Assembly (NCBI GenBank): GCA_963716255.1 | Contig: OY970303.1 | Location: forward strand, 128,001 to 192,000 | DNA from: an uncultured Gemmatimonadales bacterium | GTDB lineage: Bacteria; Gemmatimonadota; Gemmatimonadetes; Longimicrobiales; Longimicrobiaceae | Length of the DNA: 64,000 bases | Direction of reading: 5' to 3' | In this document: one piece after another, positions 9,422 through 18,212 of the stretch | How the letters are laid out: every line of letters starts with the position of its first letter | Numbering within the stretch: the first letter of the stretch is position 1 | Position numbers and translations under genes: made by a program | Notes under the pieces: model-generated | The model's input: only the letters and a program-made list of their open reading frames with translations | Database searches by the model: none | What the model was told of the DNA's origin: nothing

Positions 9422-12037
9422 ATGGAGTGTCCCCGTTGCAGCATGCCAATCCCAGAAGGCGAGAATTGTCCGGTGTGCTCACTGGAGGTGCAGCCCCCCG
9501 GCGTAGAGCCACAGGCCGAGCAATGGCAGGACTCCGTTGATGAGGTCGAAGCAGCGGCAAATGCCGCCACAGCGGCCGAAGCAGCTGCGACAGCGGCCAC
9601 CGGGACGACCGCGACGACCGACGGCACGGCGTACTCGCCTTCCGACGTGGCACCGGAAGAGAGCAAGTCTGGCCCCGGCGATGTGAACGAGAATGATCCA
9701 CCGCCCGTTCCGGGATCCACCGAGATCGATGCGAACGAAGTCGGCGACGTCATCACGGTCAATGGCAACCGCGCGGCGTTCGTCGGCGCGGTGAACAATT
9801 ACAATTACTACGGCGCCACATCCGAAGTGGAAGAGGAGACGGTCGCGGCGCTGCTGGAGAAGACCACGGAGTTCGAGCTGGACAGCCTCCCCTGGGCGGC
9901 GCTGGACGCGGAGGAGGTCGCCCGCCATGCACGCGTGCTCGCGGAGGAAGGGCTCCTGCTCGTCAGCTGCGTGGACCGCTCGCTGGCCCGCGCCGCCGTT
10001 CAGGCCGTGGTCGCCGCGCTGGAGCTGGAGCCCGCGCGTGTGCGGCTCCTCGGCTTCGGCCGGTTGGGGACCGACCAGGCGTCGCTCACAATTCACGACC
10101 TGCTGAAGTGGAAAGTCGACACGGACACCCGGACGATCGTGGTGGCCGACGCCGACAGCGTGCACGCGCAGCCGTTCCTCGACTCCCTCCTGGGCAGGGA
10201 TGGCGCCTTCCTGGCCACCTACGTCCGCCGTTCGCTGGCCCAGCGCAAGCTCCGGCTGGTCTGCCTGGCCGAGCCCTCGCGGTACGCCGCGCTGACCCGC
10301 GCGGGCGAAGAGTCCGGGTTCACCCACTGGACGGTCCCGTTCCTGGAGCCGTTTCTACGGCGCGAGTTCGCCGGCGACCACGAGGCGCTGCACTCCGCGA
10401 TCCTGCGGCAACGGGACGAGGGGCGGTGGAGCCGCGACGACGCGGAGCTGTGGCACCAGGTCCGGACTTTCTGGGGCCAGGGGCGCCTGCGCGAGGTGGT
10501 GGTTGACGGCGGCATCCGCGTGCAGCCGATGGTGGTGGACGAGCAGCGACCCATGCACCAGATCGTGCTGTTCACGGCCGCGTTCTTCACGGCACTCAGC
10601 TCCACGGACTTCGATCGGGTGGTCACCGCCCTGCTGGGAGACGCCACCATCCCTATGGCCGTCCCGACGGCGCCGGGCGCGAGCGAGACCGCCGCCCCCG
10701 CCGCGCACCGCGACAAGCCGCTCGCTCAGCTGTGGCGCGAGTGTGCCGACCGCATCAGGGACGAGTGCGGGCTGGTGGTGATGCGCGACCCCGCCGCCCG
10801 CCAGGTCGTGGAGTTTCGGGAGCCCGGGGCCCGCGACGCGCTTCGGCGGCGACTGGAAGAGGAATACCCGTTCCACCTGCACACCACCTTCGACCGGCTG
10901 CACGGCACCGGCCTCCTGTTCGCCGGCTCCGACGCCGTGGCGGCCAACGTGGTCCGCGTCACCGCGCACATGGCGGAGGGCCACCCCGAGACCTACGGCC
11001 GGGACTGGGTGGTGGGGATGCTGGTGGTGAGCCGCGTCCGCACGGCGGACACCCTCCCGCTGCACCACGTGATGCGGCGGTTCGGGGAGCTGCTCCGCGA
11101 GCTCTCCGCGCGCCCGGCGGTGCGCCCCCTGGTGGAACAGGTGCTGAACTGGCTGCTGGGGGTGCCCGACTTCCATGCCACCGTGTTTGCGCTGGCCGGG
11201 CAGCTCCGGTTCGCGCCCGAGTTCGACGTGCTCCGCTGGCTGCGCCAGCTCATCGACCGTGGTGATGCGAACGCTCGCGCGGCGGCCTTCACCTTCCTGT
11301 ATCGGGAGCTCCTCGCCGTCGGCGGGCAGGTGTACCCCACCCTGCACACCCTGGCGGACTGGCTCCCGCCCGAGGACGCCAGGACCGGCCGATACTCGCT
11401 CTCCCAGCGGTACGCCTTGCGCCTGCTGGTGGAGTACGCCGCGACCACCGCCGCCCGCTTCGACCCGGAGTGCTACGGCGAGCGGCCCGTCCGATACCCC
11501 CTGCTGGCCGTGGGCGCAGAGACCGGTCGGCGCGACCTGGGACTGCTCGTCCGCTGGCTCCTGCACCCCGGGATCTCCGAGGCCGTCCGTGACGGCATCG
11601 CCCGGCGGGGAATCCCGCGCCTGGTGGCGGCGCTGGTGGCGGAGTGGACGTTCATTCTGTTCGGCCCCCACGAGATCCCCACCCCGCCCCGCCCCGACAC
11701 CGCCCGGCCGGGCGCACCGGTCGCCCTCTCCGAAGCCGCGGAACCGGGGGATGCGCAGCCTAGGGCCGACGGGGACGACGGGGCGGCGTCTCCCGAATAC
11801 GTCTTCGAGGTCCTGCTGGAAGAGCTCACGGCGCGAACCCGGACTCGCGAGGGCCGCGAGGCCGGCCGGGAGATGCTGTCCTACTGGCAGGAGATGACCC
11901 GGCTGCACCTCCCGTCTCCGAAGACGAGCCGCGCGGCGCGCAAAGAGCTGGAGTGGAAGCGGGGCCTGTTCCGCGCCCTTCTCCTCCGGTACCGCGCCCT
12001 GCAGACCGCTCCGGCCCCATCGGCCCCCACCCCGTGA
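9422..12037 (+). CDS. Zn-ribbon + shared motif + degenerate STAND-like NTPase + helical-repeat protein (871 aa)
   Basis: ATG 9422 after GGAG. CPRC...CPVC, acidic/Ala linker, then IDANEVGDVITVNGN. LLLVSC strand without GKT and IVVAD Walker-B-like strand; amphipathic helical C-terminal half. The domain call is inference. Confidence 0.75.
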   Translation: MECPRCSMPIPEGENCPVCSLEVQPPGVEPQAEQWQDSVDEVEAAANAATAAEAAATAATGTTATTDGTAYSPSDVAPEESKSGPGDVNENDPPPVPGSTEIDANEVGDVITVNGNRAAFVGAVNNYNYYGATSEVEEETVAALLEKTTEFELDSLPWAALDAEEVARHARVLAEEGLLLVSCVDRSLARAAVQAVVAALELEPARVRLLGFGRLGTDQASLTIHDLLKWKVDTDTRTIVVADADSVHAQPFLDSLLGRDGAFLATYVRRSLAQRKLRLVCLAEPSRYAALTRAGEESGFTHWTVPFLEPFLRREFAGDHEALHSAILRQRDEGRWSRDDAELWHQVRTFWGQGRLREVVVDGGIRVQPMVVDEQRPMHQIVLFTAAFFTALSSTDFDRVVTALLGDATIPMAVPTAPGASETAAPAAHRDKPLAQLWRECADRIRDECGLVVMRDPAARQVVEFREPGARDALRRRLEEEYPFHLHTTFDRLHGTGLLFAGSDAVAANVVRVTAHMAEGHPETYGRDWVVGMLVVSRVRTADTLPLHHVMRRFGELLRELSARPAVRPLVEQVLNWLLGVPDFHATVFALAGQLRFAPEFDVLRWLRQLIDRGDANARAAAFTFLYRELLAVGGQVYPTLHTLADWLPPEDARTGRYSLSQRYALRLLVEYAATTAARFDPECYGERPVRYPLLAVGAETGRRDLGLLVRWLLHPGISEAVRDGIARRGIPRLVAALVAEWTFILFGPHEIPTPPRPDTARPGAPVALSEAAEPGDAQPRADGDDGAASPEYVFEVLLEELTARTRTREGREAGREMLSYWQEMTRLHLPSPKTSRAARKELEWKRGLFRALLLRYRALQTAPAPSAPTP

Positions 12038-12052
12038 ACACACGAGGCTGAC

Positions 12053-15000
12053 ATGGCACAGACGTACCCTCTGGATCGGGTGATCCGCAAGGTCCCGCCG
12101 GGCGGCGCCACGGCGGACGCGCAGCGGATCGTGACCGTGCTCGTCGGAGAGCGGACGGTGGTGCCTCGCAGGCCGTTCCCGTGGAGTGACGTGCAGTACT
12201 TCCTCGTCTCCCACCACGGCGACCCCACCCACCAGTGCCGGGTGGAGATCCCGGCCGTCGCCCTGGCGGACCTGGACGAGCAGGTGGAAGTGTCCGTGAA
12301 CCTGCTGGTCAACTGCCCGCCGGGTGACGAGGCGCGGGTGACCCTGGCGCTGTTCGACCCGGTGGACGCCCCGCACGCGATGCTGGAGCGGCACGTGGTC
12401 CGCTGCCTCCGCGACCTGGGCCAGGCCGACGTGGGCGCGTTCACGCGGCGATTCTTCGCCGATCCGGCTGCCGTCCAGCAGGACCTCGCCGAGGCGCTAG
12501 CGCGCGGTACGGGGCTGCGCGTCCACGCCCGGCTCTCGCTGGACCAGGGTCCCGACCGCGACGTGGTGCGCGTGGAGGTGGCCCACCTCGCCGTCCTGGC
12601 CGCCGACTGGGACGAGGAGCAGGACCTGGCGATCCGGGTCGACCTCGAGGTGGACGACGCTGGCTTGGCCGACGCCGTCCTGAGCCGGGCGCGGATGCCG
12701 GAGCTGAACGTCATCGTGCCCCGGGAGATCCGCGCCTTCGTGCGGCGGCGGATCTCGCTCGCGGAGCTCCCGAGGATCGGCGCCGGGGCGGCCAGGCAGG
12801 CGCTGGTGAGCCACCTCGACGACGTGCTGCGCCCGCTCGGACGGCGCGTGGGCGCCCTGGTGCTGCAGCCCGCGAACGTGCAGGGAGCTCCCCCGGACCA
12901 GCTTGCCGTCCTGGAAGTGGTGGACGTGCCCTGCACCGTGCGGGAGTATCCCAGGCCCGTCACGATCGCGAACCGGGTGCTCCTGCGGGTGGTGGACCTG
13001 GTGAGGTATCGCGGCGAGGCGTCGCCCGAGCTGCGCACGTGGCTGCGCGATACGCTGAACCGGCTGGTCCCGGAGACCCTGTTCGAGGCGCGCTACACGG
13101 ACCTGCTGCTGCGATTCGATCGCTGGGAGGAGCGGATCAAGCAGGCCGTACGCGCGGCGGCGGAGGGAATCGGGTGCGAGATCAGCCAGTTCATCACCGA
13201 TCCCGACCTCCCCGAGAAGATTCTCGTCAAGCCGTTCGTCATCCGCACCGAGGGGGCCTTCGAGACCCGGCTGCACGGCGTGGACGCGAAGCTGGAGGTG
13301 GTGGTCACGGCGCGCATCCCCCGCCTGGAAGACATCGCCTCGCTCCTCGCCCGGGAGCCCGACATCCCCCGCGCCATGGAAGAAGCCGTCCGCACCGCCC
13401 TGGAGGCGCGGATGCACGCGCTGCACCCCGAGCGCTTCTACATGCGGTTCGGCTTCGCCGACCCGGTGCGCCACGCCGAGGAGACGCAGTCGGTGGAAGC
13501 GGAGCTGATGGAGCACGTGGAACGCCGGCTCACGGAGGGCGAGTTCCACGCCGAGGTCGTCGGAACCGTCATCAAGATCGTGGAAACGGACCTCATCCGC
13601 CGCTTCCGCGAGCTGCAGGAGGCTACCCCCGACTTCGTCCTGCGCGTGGAGTCGCTCGACGCGGAGGTGGTGGATTTCGCCGCCAACCTCCGGGTGGGAG
13701 CCGTGCACTACGACGGCTGGCAGCGGTTCCGCGTCCTGACCGGCGGAATCGAGCAGATCACCGCTAGGGTGCGGGACCAGGTGGACACCGTGCTCCACAC
13801 CCTCCCCGCCGCGGAGCTGCTCTATCAGGGCGAGGCGGAGCGGAGCGCGCTGGAGGCCCGGGTGTCCGCGGCCGTACTGCAGTACGCCGCCGAGCAGTTC
13901 GGCCTCGTGGTGCACCTGGCCAATTTCCGCCGCACCCGCACGGAGAGCGAAACCGCGTACCACGCCACCCTGCGCGGCGAGTGGCAGCGCGAGGCAGAGG
14001 CCCGCGCGCGGCTCCAGGAAACCGCCGTCGGCGCCAGGCTCAACGAGTACGCTGGCATGGCCGCGGCCATTGAGCGGCTGACGGAGCGGTGCACTGAGCT
14101 GTACGGGGTGGAGGGTGAAGAGAAGGAGCTGGCGCGGGTGGAGCGCGAGATCGCCGCGCTCTCGTCGCGCCTGCGCGAACACTCCCGGCTCCCGCTGGAC
14201 GCGGGTCCAGACCGCGACGTGGTGCGGGTGGAGATGGCCCACCTTGCCGTCTTCGCCTCCGACTGGGACGAGGAGCAGGGCCTGGCGATCCGGATCGACC
14301 TCGAGTTGGGCGACACCGGACGGGCCGACGTCGTCCTGAGCCGCGCGCGGCTGCCGGACCTGCACGCCATCGTGCCCCGGGAGATCCGCGCCTTCGTGCG
14401 GCGGCAAATCTCGCTCGCGGAGTTCCCCAAGATCGGAGCGGGGGAGGCCAGGCAGGCGCTGGTGAGCCACCTGGACGAAGTGCTGCGCCCCCTCGGACGG
14501 CGCGTGGGCGCCCTTGTGCTGCAGCCCGGGAACGTGCTGGCGGCGCCTCAAGACCAGCCGTCCGTCCTGGAAGTGGTGGACGTGCCCTGCACCGTGCGGG
14601 AGTATCCCAGGCCCGTCACGATCGCGAACCGGGTGCTCCTGCGGGTGGTGGACCTCGTGAAGTATCGCGGCGAGGCGTCGCCCGAGCTGCGCACGTGGCT
14701 GCGCGATACGCTGAACCGGCTGGTCCCGGAGACCCTGTTCGATGCGTGCTACACGGACCTGCTGCTGCGATTCGATCGCTGGGAGGAGCGGATCAAGCAG
14801 GCCGTTCACGCCGCGGCGGAGAGAATCGGGTGCGAGATCAGCCAGTTCATCACCGATCCCGACCTCCCCGAGAAGATTCTCGTCAAGCCGTTCGTCATCC
14901 GCACCGAGGGGGCCTTCGAGACCCGGCTGCACGGCGTGGAGGCGAAGCTGGAGGTGGTGGTCACGGCGCGCATCCCCCGCCTGGAAGACATCGCCTCGCT

Positions 15001-15982
15001 CCTCGCCCGGGAGCCCGACATCCCTCGCGCCATGGAAGTGGCCGTCCGCACCGCGATCGAGGTGGGGATGCACACGCTGCACCCCGAGCGCTTCTACATT
15101 CGGTTCGGCTTTGCCGACCCGCTGCGCCACGCCGAGGAGACGCAGTCGGTGGAAGCGGAGCTGATGGAGCTCGTGGAACGCCGGCTCACGGAGGGCGAGT
15201 TCCACGCCGAGGTCGTCGGCACCGTCATCAAGATCGTGGAACCGGACCTCATCCGCGGCTTCCGCGAGCTGCAGGAGGCTACCCCCGACTTCGTCCTGCG
15301 CGTGGAGTCGCTCGACGCGGAGGTGGTGGATTTCGCCGCCAGCCTCCGGGTGGTGGCCGTGCACAACGACGGCTGGCAGCGGTTCCGCGTCCTGACCGGC
15401 GGTATCGAGCAGATCACCGCCAATGTGCGGGACCAGGTGGACACCGTGCTCCACACCCTCCCCGCGGCGGAACTGCTCTACCAGGGCGAGGCGGAGCGGA
15501 GCGCGCTGGAGGCCCGGGTGTCCACGGCCGTGCTGCAGTACGCCACCGAGCAGTTCGGCCTCGTGGTGCGGCTGTCCAATTTCCGCCGCACTCGCACGGA
15601 GAGCGAAACCGCGTACCACGCCACCCTGCGCGGCGAGTGGCAGCGCGAGGTGAAGACCCACGCACGACTCCAGGAAGCCGCCGCTGGCGCCCGGCTCAAC
15701 GAGTACGTCGGCATGGCCGCGGCCATCGAGCGGCTGACGGAGCGGCGCACCGAACTGTACGGAGTGGAGGGCGAGGAGGAGGAACTGGAGCGGGTGGAGC
15801 GCGACATCGCCGCGCTCGAGTCGCGCATGGGAACGGTGCCCGCTGCCTCCGCCGCGCAACTGCGCAGGCGGGCCAGCGGGACGGCCGCGGTGGACCGGGC
15901 GTTCCCCGCCGGGGCGGCCGTGGACGCGGTGGATCTAGTGTACGAAGGCGAGCCGGAGGCCGCGCCGACGGTCGAGTCATGA
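12053..15982 (+). CDS. Giant protein with tandem SPFH/Band-7-like modules and coiled coils (1309 aa)
   Basis: Repeated beta-beta/helix/helix/G-x-x-V units, e.g. VTIANRVLLRVVD...IKQAVRAAAEGIGCEISQF; internal 552-aa duplication. Confidence 0.75.
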   Translation: MAQTYPLDRVIRKVPPGGATADAQRIVTVLVGERTVVPRRPFPWSDVQYFLVSHHGDPTHQCRVEIPAVALADLDEQVEVSVNLLVNCPPGDEARVTLALFDPVDAPHAMLERHVVRCLRDLGQADVGAFTRRFFADPAAVQQDLAEALARGTGLRVHARLSLDQGPDRDVVRVEVAHLAVLAADWDEEQDLAIRVDLEVDDAGLADAVLSRARMPELNVIVPREIRAFVRRRISLAELPRIGAGAARQALVSHLDDVLRPLGRRVGALVLQPANVQGAPPDQLAVLEVVDVPCTVREYPRPVTIANRVLLRVVDLVRYRGEASPELRTWLRDTLNRLVPETLFEARYTDLLLRFDRWEERIKQAVRAAAEGIGCEISQFITDPDLPEKILVKPFVIRTEGAFETRLHGVDAKLEVVVTARIPRLEDIASLLAREPDIPRAMEEAVRTALEARMHALHPERFYMRFGFADPVRHAEETQSVEAELMEHVERRLTEGEFHAEVVGTVIKIVETDLIRRFRELQEATPDFVLRVESLDAEVVDFAANLRVGAVHYDGWQRFRVLTGGIEQITARVRDQVDTVLHTLPAAELLYQGEAERSALEARVSAAVLQYAAEQFGLVVHLANFRRTRTESETAYHATLRGEWQREAEARARLQETAVGARLNEYAGMAAAIERLTERCTELYGVEGEEKELARVEREIAALSSRLREHSRLPLDAGPDRDVVRVEMAHLAVFASDWDEEQGLAIRIDLELGDTGRADVVLSRARLPDLHAIVPREIRAFVRRQISLAEFPKIGAGEARQALVSHLDEVLRPLGRRVGALVLQPGNVLAAPQDQPSVLEVVDVPCTVREYPRPVTIANRVLLRVVDLVKYRGEASPELRTWLRDTLNRLVPETLFDACYTDLLLRFDRWEERIKQAVHAAAERIGCEISQFITDPDLPEKILVKPFVIRTEGAFETRLHGVEAKLEVVVTARIPRLEDIASLLAREPDIPRAMEVAVRTAIEVGMHTLHPERFYIRFGFADPLRHAEETQSVEAELMELVERRLTEGEFHAEVVGTVIKIVEPDLIRGFRELQEATPDFVLRVESLDAEVVDFAASLRVVAVHNDGWQRFRVLTGGIEQITANVRDQVDTVLHTLPAAELLYQGEAERSALEARVSTAVLQYATEQFGLVVRLSNFRRTRTESETAYHATLRGEWQREVKTHARLQEAAAGARLNEYVGMAAAIERLTERRTELYGVEGEEEELERVERDIAALESRMGTVPAASAAQLRRRASGTAAVDRAFPAGAAVDAVDLVYEGEPEAAPTVES
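12537..15826 (+). repeat. In-frame tandem duplication, period 1656 bp
   Basis: GACGTGCCCTGCACC occurs at 12923 and 14579. Shadow ORFs with identical starts begin at 13039 and 14695. The copies differ by scattered substitutions. Confidence 0.95.
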
Positions 15983-17481
15983 GCACGCGCGCGCTCGCCG
16001 ACCCGGGCGTTCGCCGCCGGGTCGCCGGCACCGACCCCGCGCGGTGGGCGCTGCAGCCGGAGTTCTGGCGAGGCCAGCCGGCGCTCCTCGTCACCCTGGG
16101 AGGAAGCCTGCTCGGGATCATCCTCCTGGCCCCGTTCACCTACAGCGGCGCCACCTCCATTCTGTCGCTGCTCGTGCAGGCGCTCGCGGTGTGGGGAGTC
16201 GTGATCGCGGCGCGCGGGCTAGCCGCGGCAGACGTGGACCTGGCCCTGATCCACGAGCTGGACGAGCGCAGCTCCGGCTACCTAGCCGGGCTGGCGGCCC
16301 AGGGCGAGAGCCGAATGGACTTGGACAGGCTGGAGCGTACCCTGGTTCCCAACAACCCGGCGGCCCCCGTGCCCGGCCCCATCCGCATCTTCCAGCAGGT
16401 CTGCAAGGAAGCGCGGGACCGCCGGTTCGAGTCGGCGAGCACACTGGTGCAGCCGTATCGGGACGAGGCCACGGAAGACCTCTTCCGCCTGCAGAACCTG
16501 CAGAAGATCGCGCTCTGGATGGGCATCCTGGGCACCTTCGTGGGACTGCTGATCGCCCTGCGGGAAAGCGGCGGGACCGTGGTGAGCGACGGCGCGCTCA
16601 CCGCGCTGGTGGAGGAGATGTACGGCGGCCTCTTCGTATCGTTCACGGCCAGCGTCGCCGGCCTGGAGGTGGCGATCATCCTGAGCTTCGTCCTGCTGCT
16701 GCTGCGCAAGCGCCAGGAGCTGTGCTTCGCCCGGATGGAGAGCGTGGCCGTGACGTTGCTGTCGGCCGCGCGGCACGCCATCAACCACGACGACTTCATC
16801 CACGAGTTCGCGCAGGTGAACACCACCGTCCGCGACCTCGCCAACCGGGTCCACGAGCAGACCCGGGGCATCGTCGACCGGCTGAACGGGGTGGAGTCGC
16901 GACTGTGGGATCAGAACGAGCGGATCGACGCCGGGCTAGAGCGGCTGGCCGGAGCGCGGAGCGAGTTCGAGCGCTTCCTGCAGAACGTGAGCGACGCCGA
17001 ACACCAGTTCCTCGGCGAGCTGGCCAGGCTCTTCGAGGCCGCGTCGTTCCGGGACCTGGCCCAGACCCTCCATGATGGCACACGCGAGGTGGGGGATCGA
17101 CTGACCGGGCGGCTGGACGACATGACGTCACGCAACGCCGCGCAGCTGGAGGCGTTCGACGCGTCCGTGCAAGCACTCACGGCCGCCGTGCAGGCCCAAT
17201 CGGCCGGGTTCGCGGCCAGTGTGGACCGCCTGGAGAGGGAGGTCACCGCGACCTCCGCGCGCAACGCCGAGGCGGTCCTGGCCGCATGTGCACGGTTAGC
17301 GTCGGTGGCAGAGCGGCTCCAGGGCGGCCCGAGATCGAGCGCGGCCGTGCTGGAACTGCTCGCGTCTCGTCTGGCGGAGCTGGACCGCACGCTCCGCCGG
17401 CAGACGTCGCCCAGGCTGCGCAACCTCCTGGTCTCCATCGTCCCCAGCGGGTGGAGGAACGGCGCCGGCAGCCACCGGTGA
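15979..17481 (+). CDS. ZorA/MotA/TolQ/ExbB-like proton-channel subunit with long coiled-coil tail
   Basis: ATG 15979 overlaps the upstream TGA (ATGA). Two N-terminal TMs; channel helices ALWMGILGTFVGLLIAL and GGLFVSFTASVAGLEVAIIL; about 250-aa helical tail. Confidence 0.85.
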   Translation: MSTRALADPGVRRRVAGTDPARWALQPEFWRGQPALLVTLGGSLLGIILLAPFTYSGATSILSLLVQALAVWGVVIAARGLAAADVDLALIHELDERSSGYLAGLAAQGESRMDLDRLERTLVPNNPAAPVPGPIRIFQQVCKEARDRRFESASTLVQPYRDEATEDLFRLQNLQKIALWMGILGTFVGLLIALRESGGTVVSDGALTALVEEMYGGLFVSFTASVAGLEVAIILSFVLLLLRKRQELCFARMESVAVTLLSAARHAINHDDFIHEFAQVNTTVRDLANRVHEQTRGIVDRLNGVESRLWDQNERIDAGLERLAGARSEFERFLQNVSDAEHQFLGELARLFEAASFRDLAQTLHDGTREVGDRLTGRLDDMTSRNAAQLEAFDASVQALTAAVQAQSAGFAASVDRLEREVTATSARNAEAVLAACARLASVAERLQGGPRSSAAVLELLASRLAELDRTLRRQTSPRLRNLLVSIVPSGWRNGAGSHR

Positions 17482-17511
17482 GGCGCCGACCCACCAAAGT
17501 GGAAGGGTACC

Positions 17512-18183
17512 ATGCGATCCTCGCTCCACCTGAACGACGACACCAACCAGTTCGGTCCCGGCTCCGACCTGATGATCTCACTGGCCGCCGTGCTGCTGAT
17601 GCTGACGGTGATCGTCTCGCACCTGTATGGACGAGAGCGGCTGCGGGCGGAGGAAGACAGGGCGAAGTACGAGACCTTGCGAACGGACTACGTGCGGGAC
17701 AGCACGCGCTTCGAGGAGCAGAGGGCGAGGTTTGCGCGGGATGTCGCCGCGGGGGGCTCGTTCCGCGTGGCAACGGCGTCCGTCCCCGCCGCCGATTTCC
17801 ATCCCTACCCCGTCACCCGGCTGGTCAGGCCCGAGCAGACGGAGCTGCGCGTGCAGCAGATCGTGGCGGAGTACCGGCGGCAGGACTACCCGTACATCTT
17901 CGTGATCGGCCACTCCAGCGCCACCGACGATCCCGCGGCCGCGGATCGCAGCCACCGCGCGCGGCTCCAGCGGAACTGGGAGTACGCGGGGCGCCGTGCC
18001 GCGCTCGTCGCCGCGCTTGTCGAGCCGCACCTAACGGAGGCGGAGCGCGGCGGGCTCGTGGTGATGACCATGGGCGAGCTCGACATGCGCGATCCCGCCA
18101 ACCCGCTGTCACAGGAGAATGCATGGGTCGAGGTCGTCTTCGGAAAGGAGTGGAAGCCCCCGTCGCGGGCTGCCGGGAGGTGA
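17512..18183 (+). CDS. ZorB/MotB-like subunit with OmpA-like peptidoglycan-binding domain
   Basis: Single TM with conserved Asp (SDLMISLAAVLLML), then IFVIGHS, NWEYAGRRAALV, MGE...P and VEVVF motifs. Confidence 0.82.
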   Translation: MRSSLHLNDDTNQFGPGSDLMISLAAVLLMLTVIVSHLYGRERLRAEEDRAKYETLRTDYVRDSTRFEEQRARFARDVAAGGSFRVATASVPAADFHPYPVTRLVRPEQTELRVQQIVAEYRRQDYPYIFVIGHSSATDDPAAADRSHRARLQRNWEYAGRRAALVAALVEPHLTEAERGGLVVMTMGELDMRDPANPLSQENAWVEVVFGKEWKPPSRAAGR

Positions 18184-18212
18184 CCCGGTCACGGGGCCGG
18201 GGAAGCTCCGGC

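Noticed and set aside
14695..15978. N-terminal extension of the ZorA-like ORF (928 aa in the track)
   Set aside because: Out-of-frame overlap with the SPFH-like gene; the ATGA-coupled start at 15979 is more plausible.
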